This document shows positions 46,459 through 56,783 of a stretch of DNA of 64,000 bases, piece after piece. Source of the stretch: a virus (Duplodnaviria; Caudoviricetes); the IMG/VR virus record IMGVR_UViG_3300048672_000970, positions 1 to 64,000 of that record; one strand, written 5' to 3'. Under the pieces are notes generated by a model. It had not been told where the DNA came from. It did no database searches and was given only the letters and a program-made list of their open reading frames with translations. The position numbers and the translations under genes were made by a program. Position 1 is the stretch's first letter, and each line of letters begins with the position of its first letter.

Positions 46459-47458
46459 TTGACTTTCCATTCTTGAGTTCTTTCTTAATAGCTTCCACGA
46501 GTTTTTGGCAAAAGGTATTCCCAATAAATTGAGTAAATGGGAATACTTCAACCGCCGGGCCATCATATAGCCGCTCATTTAGCAAATAGATATATCCGCT
46601 TGTCATCGATGCATCTGATGGGTCAGATGCCGCTTTCATTTTCCCAAATTCCTCTTTAACAAAAAGAGGCGTGCTACCGGGAATATCATGCATCATTACG
46701 TCATATTCGGCGGATTGCAAAGAGCATTTAACGTAATAGGTTGAGCGAATATTTCTATACTTCATCCTAAGTTCGTCAAACCCCACGTTGGTAGTCATAA
46801 TAGCATCAATTTTGTAGTGCGAATTATATTTCAGCGGGGCGGAAGGGGATAAAAAACTACTTACTGTATATTCAGTTCGGCTTACCCATTGTTCAAACAG
46901 ACCCGTATGGGTGACTTCGGAAACGAAAGTTACTTCTCCCGGCGTTTCAGTGCTAGCCGTACTGCCTTTAATTACACATTCATCTTTGGTTAGATTTTGC
47001 TTCGGACACACAAAATTCAACAGGCCCATTTTGTTGGCAAAGAAAAATACGGGAACTTCTGTAACGGATGCATCAATGTAACGTGCCACACGGCCTTCAC
47101 CATAAAGTCTATAAGCCGCACTTTTCTTATTTCGTGGATCACCCTTGCCACATACGGCATTCTTAAGAGAGTCCAAAGACGAAGTGGGATTAATGACGAT
47201 TCTACCAGTTGTTGTAATTACGGTGTTATCACTACACACGAGATTAAAAGGGGAGGTGAACACAACCACCCCGTTTTTGTTTTCACTTTTTGTCATTACA
47301 TCTACTGACCCATTTTTATTAATGGCTACTGAGTCAACGTCGAGGAAAAATTTCCTATAGTCACCCCCATAACCATTGGTAGCATAAGCCACCCAATCAG
47401 CAGCATTTGCCCCAACACCCATTACGGCCAATAACCCAGCAATCAAAGTCTTCTTCAT
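46448..47458 (-). CDS. Secreted/periplasmic protein (336 aa)
   Basis: MKKTLIAGLLAVMGVGANA|ADW signal peptide; overlaps both neighbours. Confidence 0.7.
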   Translation of the reverse strand: MKKTLIAGLLAVMGVGANAADWVAYATNGYGGDYRKFFLDVDSVAINKNGSVDVMTKSENKNGVVVFTSPFNLVCSDNTVITTTGRIVINPTSSLDSLKNAVCGKGDPRNKKSAAYRLYGEGRVARYIDASVTEVPVFFFANKMGLLNFVCPKQNLTKDECVIKGSTASTETPGEVTFVSEVTHTGLFEQWVSRTEYTVSSFLSPSAPLKYNSHYKIDAIMTTNVGFDELRMKYRNIRSTYYVKCSLQSAEYDVMMHDIPGSTPLFVKEEFGKMKAASDPSDASMTSGYIYLLNERLYDGPAVEVFPFTQFIGNTFCQKLVEAIKKELKNGKSNES

Positions 47459-48138
47459 TCTTCCACCCCTTCTCGCAGTTGATAAGCTTCAAAGTCAATT
47501 TCACAACTGGCAACCGAGATAGGTGCCAGACCATTTTTCTCACGGAGCATGTTAAGAAAGCCGAAGTTATCTTTCACCTTCTTCTTAATCATATCTCCGT
47601 TGACAACTTCCACGCAGCCAAAACACATTTCATTCAGATTGAAATGGATGCCCTTGGCGGTGGTGAACAAAATCTTTCTAGCCTTATAGGCTACTCGCTC
47701 AACCAGCGCACGCATACTCGCATGTGTGATAAAATTGGTAATACCGTATTCATCATTTGCTGTAAATTCATATGAAGACTTTTCAACGTACTTCATCTGA
47801 ATAAAAACGGGGGCGCCGGGATGGCCGGAAATCTTGCCATCATGATAAGGCTTCAGTGTAGTAGTCTTCCCCTCTGCATCAATGCCATAATCCTTAGCGG
47901 TATCACACAGCTCTTTTGAGAGGGCTACTCCATGCAGGTTGAAATCCTTACCAAAATAATTAAGGAACTCTTTTCCAAACCATTCGAGGAAATCACCCTT
48001 AAAGACTTCAGGATGGTTTTTATACGCATCCTGAATCGGCTTAGAACGAGCTTGTTTCTTCACACGGTCAATGATATCTGAAAAGTCAGGCTGCTGGAGC
48101 AGTTGAGCAAAATCAGCATACTTTTCAAATCTGGTCAT
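47455..48138 (-). CDS. Mrr-like PD-(D/E)xK restriction endonuclease-fold protein
   Basis: KGDFLE helix, DYGID and FIQMKY (D...QxK variant). Confidence 0.72.
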   Translation of the reverse strand: MTRFEKYADFAQLLQQPDFSDIIDRVKKQARSKPIQDAYKNHPEVFKGDFLEWFGKEFLNYFGKDFNLHGVALSKELCDTAKDYGIDAEGKTTTLKPYHDGKISGHPGAPVFIQMKYVEKSSYEFTANDEYGITNFITHASMRALVERVAYKARKILFTTAKGIHFNLNEMCFGCVEVVNGDMIKKKVKDNFGFLNMLREKNGLAPISVASCEIDFEAYQLREGVEE

Positions 48139-48152
48139 GATACCCTCTGTTG

Positions 48153-49478
48153 TTACGGTGCCTTACGTTGCTTTTTCGCCTTACCGGGTGCGTTTGCTTC
48201 AATGTATGCAATTTCTTCCGGCGTCAGCTTGAGAGCATTGTAAATCAGGTTTGGCGAAAAGTCAACGGCTAAGTCAATCTTTGGGATGTGGGCCAGCAGA
48301 GTTCGGTTGGTGAATCCGGCCGTTTTCGTTTGGTCAAGAAGCCATGCCATGATGTCAGATGTGAGGTATTCCATAATATGCGTACCTTCTAATGGCGTAT
48401 CCACCAAAATGGCGGCGGCGTGCTCGGTATATCCCCACTCGCCATCCATATCAAAAACCATTTTGTCGGACACCGTTCCTCTGGCGGCGTAAAGGGGGAA
48501 CACAATTTTCCGTTTGAACTGATTAGGATGGGGCTTAGAGCCATATCGAATGCTCGCGCCGTGCACATTCGGATAATGAAATACATTATCATCAACTTTC
48601 GACATATGCGGCCTGCGGGCATCATTATTCGAGTCAAACAACACTTCCATGTTTTCACGAGTTCTATCATTGAATACTTTATTCATAATAGAAAGACTGA
48701 TAGTGTCAACCGTTTCAGGCATAACTGTAATATTATTTAAATTGATAAAAACCGTATCTTTACCATTCACCGCAGTGGTTAAATGTTCCCGCGAAGGAAG
48801 TTCTTTTTTAACAATGAACCAAGAAACAGTCGTACCAACGGTAGGGAAATATTCACGGGCATTTAAGCAAATGTACTCGGCGCTGTATTTGTTTATCACC
48901 TCTTTAAACACTTTTGTTTTGGAATCGGCCCAAGCATTTGGCGTAATCATTGCCAGATGGCCGGACGGCTTGACAAGTTTCATACCTGCCAGGACAAATT
49001 CCGTCCACGCCTTCTTACTGCTGGCTGCGTCTTTATCTTGAAACGGCGGGTTGCCGCACACCACATCAAATCTCATATATCTCCAATCAATGTTGCCAGT
49101 GGAAATGCAAGCATACTTGATGCCATGCATTTCACACAGTTGACGGATTTTATCATGATAGTCGTTGGTGGCGAGCGTAACGGATGCGTTATTTTGTAGT
49201 TTCAGCCACAGCGCCCATTCAAACGTCTCAAAGACCAACACGGATTGATTTCCACGGGGCAGATACGTCTGAATGTTTTCAATCAACTGATACGCAGTAA
49301 ACGGTTGGGTGAAGGCATCTTCACGGTCGGATGGTGCCGCATAAATGTCAGAAATTAAAAAATCGGCAATGGCACTCAGAATTTCAGAATTGGCAGTGTG
49401 TTCACAGTCAGTGAAATTTTCCGTGTTCAGCATGTCGTTCCAATCAAAGTTATTTGGTATGGGTGAATTATGGTACAC
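48153..49478 (-). CDS. Eco57I-like (gamma-class) N6-adenine methyltransferase with TRD; motif I degenerate
   Basis: FDVVCGNPPF motif IV, LVKPSGHLAMITP, YFPTVGT; VLVFETFE where FxGxG is expected. Confidence 0.8.
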   Translation of the reverse strand: MYHNSPIPNNFDWNDMLNTENFTDCEHTANSEILSAIADFLISDIYAAPSDREDAFTQPFTAYQLIENIQTYLPRGNQSVLVFETFEWALWLKLQNNASVTLATNDYHDKIRQLCEMHGIKYACISTGNIDWRYMRFDVVCGNPPFQDKDAASSKKAWTEFVLAGMKLVKPSGHLAMITPNAWADSKTKVFKEVINKYSAEYICLNAREYFPTVGTTVSWFIVKKELPSREHLTTAVNGKDTVFINLNNITVMPETVDTISLSIMNKVFNDRTRENMEVLFDSNNDARRPHMSKVDDNVFHYPNVHGASIRYGSKPHPNQFKRKIVFPLYAARGTVSDKMVFDMDGEWGYTEHAAAILVDTPLEGTHIMEYLTSDIMAWLLDQTKTAGFTNRTLLAHIPKIDLAVDFSPNLIYNALKLTPEEIAYIEANAPGKAKKQRKAP

Positions 49479-49501
49479 CCATTTAACGCCGTCAAGCTCT
49501 G

Positions 49502-50941
49502 TTACACAATCTTTGCGCGCAACATTTGAAGATATCGGGCATGTGACTTCTTAACGGCGGTCAGTTCCTTTTCTTCACGTTCTTGTTCTTCCACTTCAAT
49601 TTGAAGACCAGGGTCAATGGCCTTACGAACCGTCATCAAGTCTTGATATCCAGTAGCGTCAACAAGAGCTTGCAGCACTTGTTTTGCATCCGGGCCGGTC
49701 AGTTCATGGTGGTCAATGACCGGGATGATCACCAAACATTCTCGCTTCTGCCTAATGTCAAAATTGGCGGCGCGACTGAACTTGCCAGGGTCGGGGAGAT
49801 AGTCGGGGCGAGTCAAATCACCAATGTAAGGGCGGGCGCATCGACCAACTGATTGAATCAGCTTTTCACGAGTCTTTTCACTCATGAACAGAACTGCAGA
49901 CAAAGTGGAAATGTCAATCCCTTCTGCCAAAGTGTCATAATGCGCAACAATACAGTTTCGCTGATTTTCCTGAATGTCCTTCAGCAGAGCTTCCCGCGAC
50001 TGGAAAAAGTTACCGTCTTTCATCTGATTCTTGGAAGATACGGTATTAATGTTAAAACATCCGGCCACTTCCGGCAGTTCAGCAACAATACGGTCATAGA
50101 TTTTCCGCACGTTAGTTTGAATGGTGGTAATGTCAACTTGCACGTCACGAGTACAAACCAGCATCTGTGTATGCGGCATACCATTGAGCCGATTTCGCTT
50201 ATACGATTCAACAAACCCGGCGACCAGAATATCAACAATAGTTGCCGAAAGTTCGACATTCTTTCGATTGGCATGCAGTTCAATAATGGCCGGAGGGACA
50301 ATGTAGCCATCCTTGTAAAGTTCATACGGAAGCACTTCAGCAAGCACGCGTCCATACATCGATTCATTCATCGCCGAATGCATGTCAACTTTTTCACCAT
50401 TCTCATATACCACCGGGGTTGCGGTATAAAGCAAACACTTCGTTTTGAAAGACAAATTCATGGTGTAGTCCCTGAATTGCTTTTGCGCCAGATAATGTCC
50501 CTCATCAGCAATGACCAAATCAAATTCAAAATCATTGATGTGGGTGAAACTGTCATACGACGCATACGTGATATGCACATTACCCACATCCATAGCGGAA
50601 TTGATACATTCCGTCAAAATGGAAGCATTGGTAGTATTGATTTCCATCCGCATGTAACCTTCAGGGTGAGCGCCAGAATTGAAAGAATTCTTCACGACTT
50701 CAATTCCGCAAATCCATTCAGCACCGTTACGCACTTGTTGCTGACTGAGCGCAATGCGCGGCGTGACAACACAGAAATTACGCATACCAAGTTCAACTGC
50801 ATGCTCGATTGCCTTGTTGAACAGGACAGTCTTCCCCGCGCCAGTAGGCGCATAAATTTGCCCAAGCATTTCATCATTTTCGATAAACGCCTTGGTGGCG
50901 TTGTGAATCTTTTCTTGGTACGGGCGCAGGGTCTTGGACAT
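49502..50941 (-). CDS. SF2 helicase/translocase (type III Res / ISP-like)
   Basis: LRPYQ, APTGAGKT, DEGH, TATP, AEGIDI, QSVGR. Confidence 0.88.
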   Translation of the reverse strand: MSKTLRPYQEKIHNATKAFIENDEMLGQIYAPTGAGKTVLFNKAIEHAVELGMRNFCVVTPRIALSQQQVRNGAEWICGIEVVKNSFNSGAHPEGYMRMEINTTNASILTECINSAMDVGNVHITYASYDSFTHINDFEFDLVIADEGHYLAQKQFRDYTMNLSFKTKCLLYTATPVVYENGEKVDMHSAMNESMYGRVLAEVLPYELYKDGYIVPPAIIELHANRKNVELSATIVDILVAGFVESYKRNRLNGMPHTQMLVCTRDVQVDITTIQTNVRKIYDRIVAELPEVAGCFNINTVSSKNQMKDGNFFQSREALLKDIQENQRNCIVAHYDTLAEGIDISTLSAVLFMSEKTREKLIQSVGRCARPYIGDLTRPDYLPDPGKFSRAANFDIRQKRECLVIIPVIDHHELTGPDAKQVLQALVDATGYQDLMTVRKAIDPGLQIEVEEQEREEKELTAVKKSHARYLQMLRAKIV

Positions 50942-50978
50942 TTGCTTAACTCACGTAGAAAGTTGTTCGATGAAATGG

Positions 50979-51007
50979 ATTATGCACAAAAGAAAAACCG
51001 GCGTCAA
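50979..51007 (-). promoter_or_regulatory. sigma70-type promoter of the helicase/MTase operon
   Basis: TTGACG-17 nt-CATAAT; the -35 box lies inside a hairpin at 50995-51017. Confidence 0.6.
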
Positions 51008-51052
51008 GCGCCGGTTTAGGTTGTTACACTTTGTTACCGCATTCACATACTT

Positions 51053-51310
51053 TCAATGTCCGTAATTACATCCGATGAAAGCTTGGCGGCCTCCAACCAT
51101 GATTGGAACGTCAGCAAATCCGCAGCATCCCTTTAGTAGTTTGGCGTAATACCCGTCTTTGGCCGATTCTTCATCGGCATAAGCAAACCGATAATTATCA
51201 ATACACGGGTCGTTACATTTTTCTTCCAACCAGTCGAAAGCGGCTGTTTCCGAATCGAATTCTTTCTTAACGCCGGTTTTGAGAAGTTTAGTGAAAAATT
51301 GATGATTCAT
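51053..51310 (-). CDS. Hypothetical protein
   Basis: Start moved to MNHQF at 51310. Confidence 0.55.
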   Translation of the reverse strand: MNHQFFTKLLKTGVKKEFDSETAAFDWLEEKCNDPCIDNYRFAYADEESAKDGYYAKLLKGCCGFADVPIMVGGRQAFIGCNYGH

Positions 51311-51323
51311 TATGTGCTTTCTA

Positions 51324-51779
51324 TCACGTTTTGTTAGGGTCAACAACTTGCCCATCAACTGACAGCATCTTCAAAATATCTTCACGGTTCGCCATGACGA
51401 CATTGTTGACAGTTTTACCACCAGCATTCGGGATAAATTGCTTCACACGTTTCCGGTCATTTTTAACTCGGGCTTTCGTCGCAGCAGCTTGCAACGCAAT
51501 GTTCAAAAACGTTGCTGCCACTTCCGCATTGCGAGCTGCATAACGCGGCTCGACAATTTCTGTGTATCCATTCTGAGTGCGAAATGCTTCAATCGCTTCT
51601 GAATAGACTACATCAATCTTGCGGTCATTTTCTACATCATCAGCGTCCTTTTCTTCAGGGGCAGCAGATGCATTTTCAACCGGCAGATTTTCTTCATACT
51701 CGGCCAGCTCAGAATCAGCATCAGATGAAAATACGGTTTGCTCGATGTTAAGAGTTTCAAACAGTGGATTCTTAATCAT
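51324..51779 (-). CDS. Putative terminase small subunit (T4 gp16-like)
   Basis: Helical core (ARNAEVAATFLNIAL) and C-terminal TVNNVVMANREDILKML resembling the gp16 C-terminus; TAAATA upstream. Confidence 0.6.
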   Translation of the reverse strand: MIKNPLFETLNIEQTVFSSDADSELAEYEENLPVENASAAPEEKDADDVENDRKIDVVYSEAIEAFRTQNGYTEIVEPRYAARNAEVAATFLNIALQAAATKARVKNDRKRVKQFIPNAGGKTVNNVVMANREDILKMLSVDGQVVDPNKT

Positions 51780-51887
51780 ACATTAACTTAGGGTGTAACC
51801 TGTATTTATCAACTGGCAGTTCCAGGAAAGCTGATGCCTCATTAGAACACATCTTGATGCGATTGTCAAGGGGTGTGCAGGAAATGA

Positions 51888-52702
51888 TTAAACGGGCCGT
51901 AGAGCGTTTTTAGTAGATGGGTGGTGCATGGGTAGCCTGATGGATGAAAACGGCTGTAACGGCCGTTAAACGCGTCCTGGTGGTGTGTTCTTATTTGTCA
52001 CCTATAGGAGTTTTACTGAATTGGTTAGGAAAGCCGGTAGGTTGGTTGGTTGGTTGGTTGGTTCCGTTCAGAGAAAGGTTCGTTGATTGGTTGTTCGTTA
52101 GATGCTGATTGATTTAACGGCTGTTAGCGCGTTCATAGACCAGTTGGCTACCCATGTAGCCTGTCGGATGAAAACTGCTCTAAAGCCCGTTAAACGCGTT
52201 CTAGACCCATGTTCTTATTTGTCACCTATAGGTATTTTACAAATGAACTGAAGAACTGAGTGGAAAGAGCTTAGTGGTAGCTTAGTTGGTTGGTTCGCAG
52301 AAAAGCTTAGTTGAGTAGTGGCGTGAGTCAGCTTGCAGCCGCGAGGCTCAAGATGCGAAAGAACTACTCAACTACTGAAGCCCTACGGGCTGAGGTTAGG
52401 TATGAAACGGATTGAAACCGACAGTAGTTGAATTGGTTCATAAAGGTACTGTGAAATTGGTTAAACGGGCCATAGCGCCGTTGGATGATGAAGTAGCTAC
52501 CTGGGTAGCCTGTCGGATGAAAACCGCTCTAACGTCCATTTTAGCCCCTTACAAGTCAATTCCTTATTTGTCACCTATAGGTATTTCTCAAATGAACGGA
52601 GAAAAGCTGGGTAGGTGGCTTAGTTAAGTTGGTTCGGAGAGCTTTAGGTGAGTTAAGCTCATGAGGCAGCTTGCAAGCCGGTAGGCTTCAAGATGTGAAG
52701 GA
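51888..52702 (+). repeat. Non-coding block A: three ~220-350-nt repeat units
   Basis: CTTATTTGTCACCTA at 51990, 52214, 52563; repeated GGTAGCCTG..GATGAAAAC and TTAAACG motifs; (GGTT)6 at 52040-52063. Confidence 0.92.
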
Positions 52703-52776
52703 CTTACTCGCCTATCCCGGAGGGATATGGGTTAATTGATAATCTAAATACTGACTAAAGAAGATTAGGTTAAGGA

Positions 52777-55700
52777 ATGGCATTCAGAAATACAAATAGC
52801 GCCGAGACTTGGGATAAGATTTATGATGCGTTCGACAAAGTAAACTTCGTCGCATATGATTTCAATACCATCAAAGCCTCACTTGTTGATTACATCAAGA
52901 TATACTATCCAGAGTATTTCAATGACTTGATCGACTCTAACGAACTGTTCATCATGATTGATGCATTCGCATTCATCGCTGAACAGTTAGCTTATCGAGT
53001 GGATATGGTCGGCCATGAGAACTTCATCACTACCGCCCAGCGCAAACAATCTATTCTTAAGCTAGCCAAACTTATTTCATATAAGCCAACTCGCAACATT
53101 CCTTTACGTGGCCTAGTCAAATTCACATCTATCACTTCCACTGAACGAGTTATTGATTCACGGGGAATTGATTTATCGGAAACGACTATCAAATGGAATG
53201 ATGCTAATAACACCAATTGGAAAGAGCAATTCATGTTGTTACTCAATCGAGTGATGACTTCCAATTTTGGACAACCGCAAAAGACGTTTGAGATTAATGA
53301 CGTGCAGATGGAAATTTACGGTTTGAATACTGATGGATTCAAAAATGGCGTGATTGGTTATCAAGCGAATGCCGGACTAGATACTTATCCGATGGAATTA
53401 GTTCCTGCCGACTTGGACGAAAATGGGCCGTATGAACGCGAACCTGATTTAACCACTCCTTTCTCGTTCGTCTATTCAAACGATGGCAATGGCGATGCGT
53501 CCGATTTGACGGGTTTCCTAGCCTATACTAAACAAGGGGCATTAACTCGTGTTGACATCTCAATCGATGCTCAATTGCCTAACAGAGAGCTGAAGTTCGC
53601 GCCGCAAAATGTTAACCATACTGACGTGTGGGTTCAGCAACTGGATGCCAATTCAAACGTATCTGTGAGATGGCAGCAAATTGACAACATTTCCGAACAG
53701 AACCTCATTTTTAACGACAGTTCATCAAGGAAGAAGTTTGAAGTTAACACTCTGGAAAATGACCAGATATCAGTGCTTTTCGGTGATGGTGATTTTGTCG
53801 ATGCACCTATTGGTAATTTCCGTGTATGGATGCGGCAATCTGCCAATAGAAACATTTCCATTCAGCGGTCGAAAGTAATTGATTCCCCATTCACTTTCAA
53901 GTATGTGTCAGCGGCCGGTAACTCAGAATCGTGCACTATCACGTTCAGTTTGACTAACACTCTCCAAAATGGGGCGGCATCTGAAACAACTGAACATATT
54001 CGGCAAGCAGCTCCTGCCACTTATTATTCTCAGAACCGAATGGTGAACGGGCAGGACTACAATACGTATATGCTGAAAGACCAGAGTATCCTTCGCATTC
54101 AATCCATTAACAGAACCTTCGCCGGCCAGCCAAAATATATTGACTGGAATGATGCGTCGGGTAGTTATGAGAATGTCAAGATTTTTGGTGATGATGCCCG
54201 AATGGAATATCAATTAGGAATTGAATCGTTGACGGTATCATCTTCCGGACAGGCGTTAGTTGATTCAGTCATTGAACCAATTCTGAAGAAGACGGGTGTC
54301 GTCTCGCTCATTTCTCATGTTGTCGCTTCTACTCCTGCGCTAAAAGGTGTTATCACCCCCGTTCGTCGGTCATTCATTGAAGACAATCGGGCTATGTACA
54401 AGAACGTCAATAACACCAGTGTCCAATTGATTTCAGGCGTCTCGGCCGATGGGTCACTGAAAGAGAAAACTGCCATTCAAGCTGTCATCGACCGACATTA
54501 TTACGGCGAGCCACTTTCATTTGTTGAAGGAACTGACGGCTCAGTTTGGGCGAAGATTCCTAATCCAGATACGTCACCAATGGATGATGGCAAGATTTAT
54601 GCGATGTCTGTTCCACGGACAGTGGACGGCGTGAACAAATATCCTCCGGGTGATGTTGGGTCAGGATTACAACCCATTGCCGAACAAGAATATTTCGGAC
54701 TAAGATATAATCCGATGATGAAGGGTATTGGTAACGGAACGTTAGTTATCAATACTTCCAATCCATCATGGAAAATTGTCGGGGAAGTGTGGACGATTGA
54801 AGTGTTAGCGGACAAAGTTTCGTTCAGTGTCCGGAGCAGTATTCGAGGGACGTTTGCTACTGGTTTGATTGGTCAGACGTATCAAATCAATCCAGCTAAC
54901 GCCAGTCTATCAACCGACTTTTTCACCTTAACTAACGGTTCAGTTGCCTTCGAGCCGGGTGACTCATTTGTCATTGATACTGCATCAGGCGGATTTAGTT
55001 ATCGGACGAATACCTATCCAAATGCGGGTGGTATCTTTCTGCCGAATGGCTGTATCAATTTGAATGGCTATTGGGAAATCATCTCGTATAACGAACTGAC
55101 GCATTATGCAGGTGGTATTGTCAATCCGGGCGATGAAAATCTGTTCACACCGTCCAATTCGTCTCTCATTCAAAAGCAGCATTCTTGGACAATCTTCGTC
55201 AAGAAAGTGAGAAATACACAGACGAATGTTGTCACTGGATATGAGATTCATCATCGGACATTAGACCTTATCGTGCAGTCAAATAACACTAAATTCTGGT
55301 TCAATGAATCGGACAAGATTCTCGACTATTCCACAAAGAAGACAGTGTTTGACAATATCAAAATTTTGCGCAGTAACAAAGATTCGGCGGGTTTGTTATT
55401 CGTCAATAGTCAAATTTATGATGTCGTTGCTGCTATCAAAGATTCTAACGGAAATGTGCAAGTGAATAAACTGTCCATTCTGCCGTCAGATATGTTACAA
55501 GAATCTTCGTCAGGTGATTTGATTCCAGACCGGGCGTTACAGTTTGAATTGGTTTCTGAAGGCAACTACAAATATTTCTATTTGTCAGACCCGACGACCA
55601 TTATTTCAAATCCGGGCGGAACGTGGGAAGATGGGTCGTTTGTTGACACTACTTTCACTTATGGTCGCAGTCAGTTTTTGGATAATGCCGGTGAAGGTCT

Positions 55701-56316
55701 TGATTTCATGTGGAGTCATTATGCCAGTCAGCATAACATTATCGATGGAAGTCCGACTAATATCATTGATGCGTATGTGTTAACTCGTGGCTATTATGAT
55801 AACGTCACCAACTACGTTCGTGGATTGACGGCCGTCAAACCGATTCCGCCAACGTCGTTAGAGTTGCGTAACGCGTATGGCTACATGATTAAGAACAAGA
55901 TGTTGTCCGATACTTTAGTGATGCATTCAGGTAAAATTAAACTGCTGTTCGGTTCATTAGCCGAACCCCAACTACGCGCATCTATCAAAGTAGTTAAAAG
56001 CATGTCAGCATCCATTAGTAACGAACGTATCAAAGAAGAAATTCTAAAAGTAGTTAACACCTATTTCGACATTCTGAATTGGGACTTTGGCGAATCATTT
56101 TACGCAACTGAACTGATTAGTTTAATTCATCAACGGCTTCCCGGTGATGTGGCGGGAGTGGTGTTAGTACCTACTTACAGTTCAAATTCGTTTGGTGATA
56201 TGTTAACTGTCACTTCTGGACTAGATGAAATTTTACAAAGCTGCCTGCAAATGTCGGATATTGAAATTGTTGACGCGTTTTCACCAACCGTAATTAGACA
56301 AGTCAAGACTGTCTGA
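52777..56316 (+). CDS. Baseplate wedge protein (T4 gp6-like)
   Basis: AYDFNTIKASL..YPEYFND...ENFITTAQRKQSILKLAKLISY; ETTEHIRQAAP..Y..QNRMVNGQDY; FDILNWDFGESFY. Confidence 0.88.
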   Translation: MAFRNTNSAETWDKIYDAFDKVNFVAYDFNTIKASLVDYIKIYYPEYFNDLIDSNELFIMIDAFAFIAEQLAYRVDMVGHENFITTAQRKQSILKLAKLISYKPTRNIPLRGLVKFTSITSTERVIDSRGIDLSETTIKWNDANNTNWKEQFMLLLNRVMTSNFGQPQKTFEINDVQMEIYGLNTDGFKNGVIGYQANAGLDTYPMELVPADLDENGPYEREPDLTTPFSFVYSNDGNGDASDLTGFLAYTKQGALTRVDISIDAQLPNRELKFAPQNVNHTDVWVQQLDANSNVSVRWQQIDNISEQNLIFNDSSSRKKFEVNTLENDQISVLFGDGDFVDAPIGNFRVWMRQSANRNISIQRSKVIDSPFTFKYVSAAGNSESCTITFSLTNTLQNGAASETTEHIRQAAPATYYSQNRMVNGQDYNTYMLKDQSILRIQSINRTFAGQPKYIDWNDASGSYENVKIFGDDARMEYQLGIESLTVSSSGQALVDSVIEPILKKTGVVSLISHVVASTPALKGVITPVRRSFIEDNRAMYKNVNNTSVQLISGVSADGSLKEKTAIQAVIDRHYYGEPLSFVEGTDGSVWAKIPNPDTSPMDDGKIYAMSVPRTVDGVNKYPPGDVGSGLQPIAEQEYFGLRYNPMMKGIGNGTLVINTSNPSWKIVGEVWTIEVLADKVSFSVRSSIRGTFATGLIGQTYQINPANASLSTDFFTLTNGSVAFEPGDSFVIDTASGGFSYRTNTYPNAGGIFLPNGCINLNGYWEIISYNELTHYAGGIVNPGDENLFTPSNSSLIQKQHSWTIFVKKVRNTQTNVVTGYEIHHRTLDLIVQSNNTKFWFNESDKILDYSTKKTVFDNIKILRSNKDSAGLLFVNSQIYDVVAAIKDSNGNVQVNKLSILPSDMLQESSSGDLIPDRALQFELVSEGNYKYFYLSDPTTIISNPGGTWEDGSFVDTTFTYGRSQFLDNAGEGLDFMWSHYASQHNIIDGSPTNIIDAYVLTRGYYDNVTNYVRGLTAVKPIPPTSLELRNAYGYMIKNKMLSDTLVMHSGKIKLLFGSLAEPQLRASIKVVKSMSASISNERIKEEILKVVNTYFDILNWDFGESFYATELISLIHQRLPGDVAGVVLVPTYSSNSFGDMLTVTSGLDEILQSCLQMSDIEIVDAFSPTVIRQVKTV

Positions 56317-56345
56317 GCTAAATAACGTAAAAGGAAACTTACACT

Positions 56346-56783
56346 ATGGCTAAGGATTTTGAAGATATGCCAGATGATACTGGTATTGATGATGACAAGC
56401 AAACAGTTGCCCCCGTGGTGGCGAAGGATGTAGAACAAGAACCGGACGTTGACTATGATGTCAAGTTTGACATGACTGCTTTTGCGCCGGAGCCGAAGGC
56501 TGAAGTGACGGATGAGGTAAAGAGCGTAACAGTTTGTTTTGAATACATTCGCGGTAATGGCTATGGCCCGGACGATGTTTTTGAAGTCGAGCTGCCTATT
56601 ACCGTTAGTGCGTTCACTACCGAAAATGGCAAGGACAAGTGTTCTACCTACACCATCATTCGGCGCCTGCGGTTTGACCGCAAGAAGCTGTATGCGGAAG
56701 CGCTGGCAAATGCGCAACATGTGACGGTGGTTGAATCAATTAACGAATCTACGCGGATGCGCAGACTAGCTGGACTGGAGTGA
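56346..56783 (+). CDS. Hypothetical acidic protein (late-promoter motif upstream)
   Basis: 145 aa; TAAATA at 56319-56324. Confidence 0.65.
   Translation: MAKDFEDMPDDTGIDDDKQTVAPVVAKDVEQEPDVDYDVKFDMTAFAPEPKAEVTDEVKSVTVCFEYIRGNGYGPDDVFEVELPITVSAFTTENGKDKCSTYTIIRRLRFDRKKLYAEALANAQHVTVVESINESTRMRRLAGLE

Noticed and set aside
39126-48138. cas genes (cas1, cas2/3, cas6f, csy1-3, csf1-3) around the array; a type IV-A call
   Set aside because: No ORF shows RAMP glycine-rich loops, Cas1 or HD motifs that I can recognise. DinG alone is not enough to call type IV.
49853-51019. 388-aa plus-strand ORF
   Set aside because: Antisense shadow of the SF2 helicase.
52412-52627. 71-aa ORF inside repeat block A
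   Set aside because: Non-ATG start, and no equivalent ORF is listed in homologous block B; probably incidental.
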